A program made the translations under genes and the position numbers. Shown piece by piece: positions 19,813-28,175 of a stretch of DNA of 32,000 nucleotides (position 1 is the stretch's first letter; every line of letters begins with the position of its first letter). Source of the stretch: Candidatus Paracaedimonas acanthamoebae (lineage in GTDB: Bacteria; Pseudomonadota; Alphaproteobacteria; Caedimonadales; Caedimonadaceae). Location of the stretch: the NCBI GenBank assembly GCA_000743035.1, contig CP008936.1:1050001-1082000 (forward strand). The letters run 5' to 3'. The notes under the pieces are model-generated. The model saw nothing but the letters and a program-made list of their open reading frames with translations, was not told where the DNA came from and did not search any database.

Positions 19813-20775
19813 CTATTTTTTCTCAGAAAGAAACCACTGGACAGTTTTTTCAAGGCCTTCCTCAACTGAGAATCGTGGCTGCCAGCCAACATATGATCTT
19901 AATTTTTGGTCATCTACCTGTAAAGAGGATGATAACCGTAAAAATGCTTGTTCTCTTTTTAAAGTTTTAAAAATAAACTCAAGAACGGGTAAAGGACAAT
20001 TCCAAAGATGAGGAGACAATGCCATAGCTTTTCGTATTTGAATAATAAGCTCTTGAATTGATAAATCTTGTCCATCACACAGCACGAAGGTTTCATTTTT
20101 TGCTTTTGGGTGCAATAAAGTCAAATATATAATGTCTAATAAATTTTCAACATAAATTAAACTACGTTTATTGTGAATACCTGCAAACGGCAATGGAAAT
20201 TTTGAAGCACTTATATTTAATAGATCCAAAAAATTACCCTTTACTTTTGGACCATACACAAGAGTTGGTCGCAAAATTGTGTAACTCATGTTAGTACCTT
20301 TGCAGTAAGATTTTATAGCTTCTTCTGCCTGTAACTTCGATTGTCCATACTCATCTTCAGGACAAAGAATATCTTTTTCTATAAAGGGTTTTGAATGTGT
20401 TATCTCACCGTTTACTTTTATAGAACTTAAATAAATAAAATGCTTTATTCCTTTATTACATGATGCTTGAACTAACGCTTTTGTTCCTGCAACATTAATA
20501 TCAAAGATATTAAAAACATCTTGTTGCAGTGTTAAGTAGCGGACTCGTTTAACGCCATGTACTTGGGCTGCAAGATGAATAACTATCTCTACCCCATCAA
20601 GTGCTTGTTCCCACTCTATCCTCTTAGTGATATCTTCAATAACTGAAAATTCATAGGGATATGTATCTTGCTTCGAGCGTAAAGCTGCTTTGATCCTAAT
20701 ACCCTTTTCTATGAGAAAGGAACATAAGGCCTGCCCTATAAACCCGGAAGCTCCTGTGATCAAAACTTTAATCAT
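19813..20775 (-). CDS. NAD-dependent epimerase/dehydratase-family SDR (UDP-sugar 4-epimerase or 4-keto reductase, WbpK/WbpV/WreQ-like)
   Basis: 320 aa. Begins MIKVLITGASGFIGQAL and has YGQSKLQAEE (YxxxK). Its start overlaps the upstream ligase-family gene by 8 nt, and it ends 17 nt before the dehydratase gene. Confidence 0.85.
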   Translation of the reverse strand: MIKVLITGASGFIGQALCSFLIEKGIRIKAALRSKQDTYPYEFSVIEDITKRIEWEQALDGVEIVIHLAAQVHGVKRVRYLTLQQDVFNIFDINVAGTKALVQASCNKGIKHFIYLSSIKVNGEITHSKPFIEKDILCPEDEYGQSKLQAEEAIKSYCKGTNMSYTILRPTLVYGPKVKGNFLDLLNISASKFPLPFAGIHNKRSLIYVENLLDIIYLTLLHPKAKNETFVLCDGQDLSIQELIIQIRKAMALSPHLWNCPLPVLEFIFKTLKREQAFLRLSSSLQVDDQKLRSYVGWQPRFSVEEGLEKTVQWFLSEKK

Positions 20776-22045
20776 TTCCGTTTTCTAAGAATCTTACAAA
20801 AATTATAGTCAGCCAAAGCCCACTAATCCACCAACTCTGCCATATTCCATAACTTCCCATATTTACAATCAACGCACTTGCAAAAGAAGCATACGCAGCT
20901 GATCTGTTAAATTTTTCATTAAAAAGACGAGGAATAGCGGAAATGATTAAGCTTATTAAGCAAATAATTAAAAATACTCCTGGAAATCCTAATTCCAACC
21001 ATATTTGTAAAGGTAAATTATGAGGATGCAGCGGTAATAAATCTAGAGTAGCCTCTTTTAAAAAAGGGGTTTGTTTTTTAATCTCAGCTCGCAATATTTT
21101 TTTTTCTGCGAAATATTTATGGCGTGATGTATCTAAGCCCCACCCAGTCCAAGGTTTGAAAAAAATTTCATTTGAGACAAAATTCCAAATATATAGTCGA
21201 TGATAAAAGCTTGGCTTCTTAATAAATTTATGACACATGCTTGCGATTGTACTAGGCGTTAAGATCTGCTTGTAAAGTAAAGGTGCTGTCATAAAAAATA
21301 CAGCACACACGCTTAGTAAAAACCACTTTATTATTTTTTCTTTTAGTAAAGAGCATAGGCCAACTAACGCTCCGATTACAAAAGCTATTTTTACTGTTGT
21401 AGCTTCCAAAGAAAATACAACAAAAGCTGTTTGGAATATCAAGACCAACTGAAATATTAAAGCTAAATACTTTACTTCCTGATCAGCATTAACCTTAAAA
21501 AAACGATTCAGATAAGCTAGAATTGGCCAGATAAGCATAACCTCAAGAGAGAGAACTTTATTGTAGTATGTTAACTCAATATCTTTGCCTTTAATGAGAG
21601 AGAGGAACTTCCCATGCATTTTAATTTCTATTATCAGCCAAGCATTTGTAATGATGAATCCAAACATAAGGGCCAATAAAAGCCAACTTTTAAAATTTTT
21701 GTCTAGATTTTGAAACATTAAAAATAAACATATGCCTGTCGACAATAGAAATAGAAGCTTTGTCCATAAATAAAGGGTATGTTTAAGGTCTATTGACCAA
21801 ATAGCACTTACTAAAGCCCATAAAAGAAAGCATATTAGAATAATAATTTCTTTATATGATGGGATAGAATTAAAAATATTTTTAAAATTAACTTGGCCTT
21901 GTTGAACTAGCCAATATGCACTTATACTTAAGCAGATCACAAGGAAAAGAGGCACAATACCGTGGGACGCAAGGGTGCACAAAGGTAAAATTGCTAAAAC
22001 TAAATAGCTTAATAACCTTTGCCAAAAGGCTGACTTTTTTATCAT
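20768..22045 (-). CDS. O-antigen ligase (Wzy_C) family membrane protein: WaaL-like ligase, polymerase or PglL-like O-oligosaccharyltransferase
   Basis: 425 aa and highly hydrophobic with at least 10 TM-like segments. A periplasmic loop is followed by LPLHPHNLPLQIWLELGFPGVFL, which matches the H-x-H-N...E-x-G Wzy_C signature. Confidence 0.8.
   Translation of the reverse strand: MIKKSAFWQRLLSYLVLAILPLCTLASHGIVPLFLVICLSISAYWLVQQGQVNFKNIFNSIPSYKEIIILICFLLWALVSAIWSIDLKHTLYLWTKLLFLLSTGICLFLMFQNLDKNFKSWLLLALMFGFIITNAWLIIEIKMHGKFLSLIKGKDIELTYYNKVLSLEVMLIWPILAYLNRFFKVNADQEVKYLALIFQLVLIFQTAFVVFSLEATTVKIAFVIGALVGLCSLLKEKIIKWFLLSVCAVFFMTAPLLYKQILTPSTIASMCHKFIKKPSFYHRLYIWNFVSNEIFFKPWTGWGLDTSRHKYFAEKKILRAEIKKQTPFLKEATLDLLPLHPHNLPLQIWLELGFPGVFLIICLISLIISAIPRLFNEKFNRSAAYASFASALIVNMGSYGIWQSWWISGLWLTIIFVRFLENGND
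21097..21105 (-). repeat. A9 homopolymer on the coding strand of the Wzy_C-family gene
   Basis: Nine consecutive T on the plus strand (21097..21105). On the coding strand this reads GAA AAA AAA ATA and encodes E-K-K-I. Confidence 0.9.
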
Positions 22046-22456
22046 TTAAGAAAGACCACCCATTTGGCATATGAGTCTCCAAGAAGTGTCATCGATCTCC
22101 ATTACAGAAAGTCTCGATTGCCGGACAAGAGGAAGATGAGAAAATTGAGGCTCTTTTTTAATATCAGATAATGGTACTGACTTTTTCAATCCTTCTTCCA
22201 ATTGCACATCTACACACACAAAATGTCCCGTTGTATCTATAGGATCAGGATAGGAAGACTTAATGACTCTGACAATTCCAACAATTTTTCTCTCTTTTCC
22301 TGAATGATAGAAAAAACATAGATCATTTTCTTGCATCCGTTTCATATTATTAGCGGCTTGATAGTTTCTAACACCATCCCAAGCAGTTCTTTTGTATTGA
22401 ATTTGTTGTTCCCAAGACCAGGATTCAGGTTCAGTTTTTAATAACCATTTTGTCAT
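22046..22456 (-). CDS. EVE domain (PUA-like) protein
   Basis: 136 aa. Begins MTKWLLKTEPESWSWEQQ and continues ...WDGVRNYQAANNMKRMQENDLCFFYHSG...IVGIVRV. This is typical of the stand-alone EVE / thymocyte-nuclear-protein-1 family. Its stop codon directly abuts the next gene's ATG. Confidence 0.85.
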   Translation of the reverse strand: MTKWLLKTEPESWSWEQQIQYKRTAWDGVRNYQAANNMKRMQENDLCFFYHSGKERKIVGIVRVIKSSYPDPIDTTGHFVCVDVQLEEGLKKSVPLSDIKKEPQFSHLPLVRQSRLSVMEIDDTSWRLICQMGGLS

Positions 22457-22464
22457 TTTTTATC

Positions 22465-23463
22465 CTAATGAGAATGCGTTTCAGTTTTAAGAGGACGTGA
22501 CAAAAGCGTAGTAATTTCAGAATCTATAGGACTTTGTCGATGTAAAATATTATTGACTCCTTTGCAAATCGGCAATTCTACTTCCAGTATAGACGCTAAA
22601 TCAACAGCAGCTTTAGCTGTGAAAACACCTTCAGTTAATAAACATCCTTTAAGCATAGCTTCTGTAACAATATTCTTATGACCAATAGTAATACCAAGAG
22701 ACATATTCCGGGATTGTGTTGAAGTGCAAGTTAATACAATATCTCCAACCCCTGAAGGACCTAAAAAAGTTTCAGGATGAGCTCCTTTTGCCATTCCTAA
22801 ACGTGTAATTTCTGCCAATCCTCGTGTAATAAGAGAGGCACGCGCGCTATCTCCATAGCCACGCGCTGTTGCAATTCCAGCAGCGATCGCGATAACATTC
22901 TTTAGTGCTCCAGACACTTCAACACCAATAATATCATTTGAAGGATAAACCCTAAAATTCTGACTGCTCAATGTACTTGCTAACCATCGACTTGTTTCTA
23001 TCTCCCTTGTAGACAAAGTCGCAGCTGTTGGTTGTCCTGAGGCTACATCACGAGCAAAAGTGGGACCAGAAAGAACTGAAACAGAAATCTCAGGCAAGAG
23101 CTCATAAATTATTTCAGTCATTAATAACCCAGTGCCAATCTCAATACCTTTAGAGCACACAACTAAATAACCATTTTTAGAAATATAAGGTTTAATTTTC
23201 TCAATCAGGCTTCTTACAGTTTGAGCGGGAACCGCTAACAGTATTATATCTGCCTTTAAAGCTTCCTTAAGAGAAGATGTAATTGTTAAATCGGGTGGAA
23301 GCACAATGCCTGGAAGTGCTCTTTGATTTTCTTTATATTTTTCCATATGCTCCGCGCTTTGCAGATCACGGGTCCAAAGTACTGTTTTATTATCAGCTCG
23401 ATGAGACACCAGCGCAAGAGCAGTCCCCCAAGCTCCGCTGCCTAGCACACTAACAATGGTCAT
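22465..23463 (-). CDS. gpsA: NAD(P)H-dependent glycerol-3-phosphate dehydrogenase
   Basis: 332 aa. Has VLGSGAWGTALALV (NAD fold), GALKNVIAIAAGI and GDIVLTCTS. Confidence 0.96.
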   Translation of the reverse strand: MTIVSVLGSGAWGTALALVSHRADNKTVLWTRDLQSAEHMEKYKENQRALPGIVLPPDLTITSSLKEALKADIILLAVPAQTVRSLIEKIKPYISKNGYLVVCSKGIEIGTGLLMTEIIYELLPEISVSVLSGPTFARDVASGQPTAATLSTREIETSRWLASTLSSQNFRVYPSNDIIGVEVSGALKNVIAIAAGIATARGYGDSARASLITRGLAEITRLGMAKGAHPETFLGPSGVGDIVLTCTSTQSRNMSLGITIGHKNIVTEAMLKGCLLTEGVFTAKAAVDLASILEVELPICKGVNNILHRQSPIDSEITTLLSRPLKTETHSH

Positions 23464-24506
23464 TATTTTTCCCCCTTTATAGATTCAAGTGGCCAGCGAG
23501 GTCTTGGTACAAAATCTAAAGAATCAACTGCATTTAATTGCAATTTTTCAATACCAGCCCAAGCAATCATAGCAGCATTATCTGTACACAAATTTGGGGG
23601 TGGCGCAATAAATTTTATTCCTAAGATCTGGCTTACTTCTTGTAAGGCTTTTCGCAATGCTTGGTTTGCTCCAACACCACCACTTATAACAAAAGCATTT
23701 AAAGAAATCTTCTGTTTCAAACAAAATTCTAGAGCATTACGAGAGCGATTTACAAGAATATCAAGAACTGCAGCTTGAAATGAAGCCGCCATATCTCTTT
23801 GATCATCATCTTGAAAAGAAGCTAATTGCGCAATCTCTTGCCGTACTGCAGTCTTCAATCCAGAGAACGAAAACGAGCATTTTAAGGAAGCATCCTTATG
23901 GTATAGAAGCGGGCGAGGCAATTTAAATCTCTTAGGATTTCCCAAAGTTGCTAAGCCTTCAATTGATGGTCCGCCTGGGTAGGGTAATCCCAAAATTTTT
24001 GCAACTTTATCAAAAGCTTCACCGACTGCATCATCTAAAGTTGTCCCTAACAAAACGTATTCTAAAGCGCTTTTTACCAATACTAATTGGCTATGGCCTC
24101 CAGACACGAGAAGCAGAAGGTAAGGGAAATCCAAAGGCTCAGCAAGCCTCACTGTTAAAGCATGCCCAGCAAGGTGATTCACAGCAAGGAAAGGCAATTT
24201 TTTTGCAGCTGCTATAGCTTTAGCCATCGTGATACCAACAAAAACTCCACCTATCAACCCTGGTCCTGCAGTCACTGCTATACCATCTAAAGCATCTAAA
24301 TTTATATTAGCTTGTTGCAAAGCTTGAGAAATTATCGTTTCCAATACCTCAAGGTGAGCTCTTGCTCCAACCTCAGGGACAACTCCACCATAAAGATTAT
24401 GCTCTTTTATTTGAGAAATTAAAATGTTTGAAAGGATTTCTCTCTGCGAGCTCACAATAGCCGCTGAAGTTTCATCACAGCTTGTTTCAATTCCAAGAAC
24501 CAACAT
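23463..24506 (-). CDS. tsaD: tRNA N6-adenosine threonylcarbamoyltransferase TsaD
   Basis: Contains LGIETSCDETSAAIV, NHLAGHAL (metal-binding His pair), LLLVSGGHSQL and SGGVGANQALR. The track start at 24518 is a GTG. I prefer ATG 24506 (MLVLGIETSCDET). The stop overlaps the gpsA start (TAATG). Confidence 0.96.
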   Translation of the reverse strand: MLVLGIETSCDETSAAIVSSQREILSNILISQIKEHNLYGGVVPEVGARAHLEVLETIISQALQQANINLDALDGIAVTAGPGLIGGVFVGITMAKAIAAAKKLPFLAVNHLAGHALTVRLAEPLDFPYLLLLVSGGHSQLVLVKSALEYVLLGTTLDDAVGEAFDKVAKILGLPYPGGPSIEGLATLGNPKRFKLPRPLLYHKDASLKCSFSFSGLKTAVRQEIAQLASFQDDDQRDMAASFQAAVLDILVNRSRNALEFCLKQKISLNAFVISGGVGANQALRKALQEVSQILGIKFIAPPPNLCTDNAAMIAWAGIEKLQLNAVDSLDFVPRPRWPLESIKGEK

Positions 24507-24614
24507 TAGAAAAACCACACCATTCTTATTTGTACTTTACATTAAAAAAGCAACTTGTTTCATTCTAAATCTATGCTTTAATGACGTAAATTTGAAGAAA
24601 AAGGCAAGCCTAAA

Positions 24615-25514
24615 ATGCGTCCTATTATTCTTGGCACTCGAAAAAGCCCTTTAGCACTAAAACAAGCTGATATTGTCAAAATGGCTCTTCACAAGCAAGG
24701 GTATAATGACATTGAAATTAAGACCTACCAAACAAGTGGCGATCGATTAACCAATGCTCCTCTTTCAGAATATGGCGGGAAAGGACTATTTACTAAGGAA
24801 ATTGAAGAAGCTCTCCTTCACAAAGAAATCGATATTGCTGTGCATTCCATGAAAGATGTCGAAACTCATCCCCCAGAAAAACTCATTATCTCTTGTATTC
24901 CCGTAAGAGAAAACCCTTGTGATGTCCTGCTCTCAAATAAAAATTATACCTTAGAAAATTTACCCACTGGAGCAACCGTTGGAACCTCTTCATTAAGACG
25001 TCAAGCTCTCCTTCTCTATTTAAGGCCAGATCTTAAAATTGTTCCTTTACGTGGAAATGTAGGAACCAGAATACAAAAAATTCAAGAAGGTCTTGCAGAC
25101 GCAACTGTTTTAGCTTACGCAGGTCTTTCAAGACTCAATCAGTTAGAAAATGTCATTCCTCTGGACATAGAAGTATTTACCCCTGCTCTTGCTCAGGGTG
25201 CATTAGGTGTACAATGTCGTCAAGACGATACATTTATGCTTGGGATTCTCTCACATATCCATGATAAAAAAGCTGGATTCTGCACTGAAGTAGAAAGAAC
25301 TTTTTTACGTGCCACCAATGGATCTTGTCGTGCTCCTATTGGCGGATTTGCTCATTACATCAATGAAACTGAAATAAGCTTTATAGGCTTTGTGTCTGAC
25401 CCCCAAGGAAAACAATTCTGTCGCGAAATAATTACTTCCTCTACGTCACATATTTTAGAAGATGTTCAAATCTTGGGTAATACTTTACGTAAGTGGCTTG
25501 AGATACATCTTTAA
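24615..25514 (+). CDS. hemC: hydroxymethylbilane synthase (porphobilinogen deaminase)
   Basis: 299 aa. Has ILGTRKSPLALKQA, HSMKDV, GTSSLRRQALL and RGNVGTRIQK. The cofactor Cys context is NGSCRAPIGG. Confidence 0.96.
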   Translation: MRPIILGTRKSPLALKQADIVKMALHKQGYNDIEIKTYQTSGDRLTNAPLSEYGGKGLFTKEIEEALLHKEIDIAVHSMKDVETHPPEKLIISCIPVRENPCDVLLSNKNYTLENLPTGATVGTSSLRRQALLLYLRPDLKIVPLRGNVGTRIQKIQEGLADATVLAYAGLSRLNQLENVIPLDIEVFTPALAQGALGVQCRQDDTFMLGILSHIHDKKAGFCTEVERTFLRATNGSCRAPIGGFAHYINETEISFIGFVSDPQGKQFCREIITSSTSHILEDVQILGNTLRKWLEIHL

Positions 25515-25563
25515 AAATATTTTACAAATGTTTAACATAAGAGAATTTATTGAAGAGTATAGA

Positions 25564-27390
25564 ATGATGTATTTTTACCATCGTGTATTATGTATAATTT
25601 TGCTGAAGCTTTTTTTCGGCTCTGAAAGTATAGGTAAAGAACATGGGATTGCCATGCATGGAGAGCTTAAGTACCCTATTAACTTTAAGAACTTCGCAAC
25701 TGTTAATCCTCAAGCACCAAAAGGCGGCAAGCTTCGTTTAGGAGTTACCGGCATCTTCGATAGTCTTAACCCATATGTTATCAAAGGGACGCCTCCTGCT
25801 GGCCTTAGCATATTCAGTGAAAGATTAGTCTTTGACACATTAATGAAACGCTCTCCTGATGAACCTTTCTCATTGTATGGGCTGATTGCAGAATCTGTCG
25901 ACCTTGCCCCGAACCGCTCATGGATTATTTTTTATTTAAATTCTAAGGCTAAGTGGCCTAATGCTCAACCCGTTACTGCGGATGATGTGATATTTAGCTT
26001 TGAAACACTAAAAGAAAAAGGGCTTGCAAATTATCGCCTATTTTTTAAGAAGGTGGATAAGGTTGTAAAAATTAATAATCATACAGTTAAATTCTCATTT
26101 TTGGCTGATAAGAATGATGGAACTTTTGACCCTGAAGCCCCTATGCTTATTAGTCTTTTACCTGTTTTGCCCAAATATTTTTTTGAAGGACGTGATTTTG
26201 AAAAAGTCACGCATGAAGAAATTCCTGGAAGTGGCCCTTATAAAATTAAGCAACTAAAGGTTGGGCATATGATCAGCTATGAGAGACGTCCGGATTATTG
26301 GGGGAAAGATTTACCTGTTAATGTTGGATTTTATAATTTCGATGAAGTACGGTTTGATTACTATCGAGATTCAAAAGTAGCTCTCGAAGCCTTTAAAGCT
26401 GGTGAATATGACTTCAGAGGCGAATCTGAACCCAACCATTGGATTGAGAATTACAATTTCCCTGCGACAAAAGATGGCAGAGTTGTTAAAGTTGAGTTTA
26501 ATCATCAGAGACCTGTCGGAATAAGAGCTTTTATTTTTAATATACGAAAAGACTTATTCAAAGATGAACAAGTTAGGCGTGCACTCACTTATGCTTTTGA
26601 TTTCGAATGGTTGAATCAGTCTTTATTCCACAATTCCTTTACAAGAACGAGAAGTTATTTTGATAACACAATGCTTGCAAATGATGGGGTCCCCCAGGGA
26701 AACGTTCTAAAACTATTGCAACCGTTAAAAAAAAGCTTACCCTCAGCTCTTTTTTTAACCCCCTACTCCTTACCTATTTCGGGTACTAAAGCCAAATTAA
26801 GAGAAAATTTAAAAAAAGCGCGAGACCTTTTACAGGACTGCGGTTGGGAGATTCATGGTTCTCAACTGATTCATAAAGAAACCAAGAAGCCTTTTAAGTT
26901 CGAGATTATTCTTTATAGGCCAGAAGATGAAAAAATTACACTATCTTATGTTAAAAATTTAAAACTACTCGGAATCCAAGCAACGATCCGAACTGTTGAC
27001 TCTACGCAATATGAACATCGCTTAGGCACCTTTGATTATGATATGACAATGCACACTTGGGGCCATACGCTTTCTCCCGGAAATGAGCAAAATCTTTATT
27101 GGAACTCAAAATCGGCAGATCAAGAAGGCAGCCGTAATTATATTGGGATCAAAAACCCCACGATCGATGAACTCTGTCAAATGCTTGTTAAGGCTAAAAC
27201 TCATGCAGAACTTATTACAATAGTGAAAGCATTAGATCATGTTTTGCTGTGGGGCCATTATTTAATTCCTTTATATCATAATAATAAAATTTTTCTGGCA
27301 TATTGGGATAAATTTGGTCATCCTCCGTTTAATCCTCTAGATGGAATCGTATTAATGCACTGGTGGTCCAAAGGATTGAAAAATAAATGA
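25564..27390 (+). CDS. ABC-transporter substrate-binding protein, family 5 (YejA-like peptide/opine/nickel cluster)
   Basis: The mature N-terminus HGIAMHGELKYPINFKNFATVNPQAPKGGKLRLG resembles YejA-type SBPs. The length and the motifs (PDYWG, YDM...W) fit family 5. The track ORF starts at 25462, inside hemC. I use ATG 25564, which gives a signal-peptide-like MMYFYHRVLCIILLKLFFGSES. ATG 25528 is also possible. Confidence 0.88.
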   Translation: MMYFYHRVLCIILLKLFFGSESIGKEHGIAMHGELKYPINFKNFATVNPQAPKGGKLRLGVTGIFDSLNPYVIKGTPPAGLSIFSERLVFDTLMKRSPDEPFSLYGLIAESVDLAPNRSWIIFYLNSKAKWPNAQPVTADDVIFSFETLKEKGLANYRLFFKKVDKVVKINNHTVKFSFLADKNDGTFDPEAPMLISLLPVLPKYFFEGRDFEKVTHEEIPGSGPYKIKQLKVGHMISYERRPDYWGKDLPVNVGFYNFDEVRFDYYRDSKVALEAFKAGEYDFRGESEPNHWIENYNFPATKDGRVVKVEFNHQRPVGIRAFIFNIRKDLFKDEQVRRALTYAFDFEWLNQSLFHNSFTRTRSYFDNTMLANDGVPQGNVLKLLQPLKKSLPSALFLTPYSLPISGTKAKLRENLKKARDLLQDCGWEIHGSQLIHKETKKPFKFEIILYRPEDEKITLSYVKNLKLLGIQATIRTVDSTQYEHRLGTFDYDMTMHTWGHTLSPGNEQNLYWNSKSADQEGSRNYIGIKNPTIDELCQMLVKAKTHAELITIVKALDHVLLWGHYLIPLYHNNKIFLAYWDKFGHPPFNPLDGIVLMHWWSKGLKNK

Positions 27391-28175
27391 CAACTTCAAA
27401 AAAGCATCCTTATCATCTTGTTGAACCTAGCCCCTGGCCTTTTATGGGAGCTCTCTCTGCTTTTATTCTTATAATTGGTACAGTGTTATTTGTTCGCAAA
27501 TATGGCTCATATGTCCTATGGGCGGGTGTAGGTCTTTTAATTTTTACAACAATAGGATGGTGGAGAGACATTATAAAAGAAGCGAAAACAGAACATAATG
27601 AAGTTGTGCGGCATGGGTTTAAATGGGGAATTGCTCTTTTCATTGCTTCCGAATTTATGTTTTTTGTAGCTTTCTTCTGGGCTTATTTTAATGCAAGTTT
27701 AATACCAACAGCTGAAATTGGCGGAGTTTGGCCGCCTAAAGGTCTAAAAACTATTGATCCGTTTGATCTTCCTTATTTGAATACTTTAATTCTTTTGCTC
27801 TCAGGGACAACCGTAACCTGGGCTCATCACGCAATGCTAGAAAATAATACGAAAGACAGTCTTGAAAAATTAGCCATCACTATCCTTCTAGGAATCTGCT
27901 TTCTTGGAGTACAAGCTTATGAATACATACATGCTGATTTTGCTTTCAAGGGTGGCATTTATCCGTCAACATTTTATATGGCCACAGGCTTTCACGGATT
28001 TCATGTTTTTATAGGGGTCATTTTTTTAATTGTATGCTGGTTCCGAGGACATTTAGGACATTTTAGTGCAACTGATCATTTTGGATTTGAGGCTGCTGCT
28101 TGGTATTGGCATTTTGTTGATGTTATTTGGCTTTTCCTATTTGTGAGCATTTACTGGGTGGGATCTGGTAGTTGA
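27387..28175 (+). CDS. ctaE: cytochrome c oxidase subunit III
   Basis: 262 aa. Has HPYHLVEPSPWPF, 7 TM segments and GFHGFHVFIGVIFL. Its ATG overlaps the SBP stop (ATGA). Confidence 0.96.
   Translation: MTTSKKHPYHLVEPSPWPFMGALSAFILIIGTVLFVRKYGSYVLWAGVGLLIFTTIGWWRDIIKEAKTEHNEVVRHGFKWGIALFIASEFMFFVAFFWAYFNASLIPTAEIGGVWPPKGLKTIDPFDLPYLNTLILLLSGTTVTWAHHAMLENNTKDSLEKLAITILLGICFLGVQAYEYIHADFAFKGGIYPSTFYMATGFHGFHVFIGVIFLIVCWFRGHLGHFSATDHFGFEAAAWYWHFVDVIWLFLFVSIYWVGSGS

Noticed and set aside
21888-22082. 64-aa minus-strand ORF bridging the EVE / Wzy_C gene junction
   Set aside because: It is out of frame with both supported genes and would require ignoring the tight TAA-ATG junction at 22043..22048.
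25462-25563. Long N-terminal extension of the SBP ORF overlapping the last 53 nt of hemC
   Set aside because: The extension (MFKSWVILYVSGLRYIFKNILQ...) precedes a good signal peptide that starts at ATG 25564 and would bury it. The overlap with hemC is unnecessary, so the start was moved downstream.
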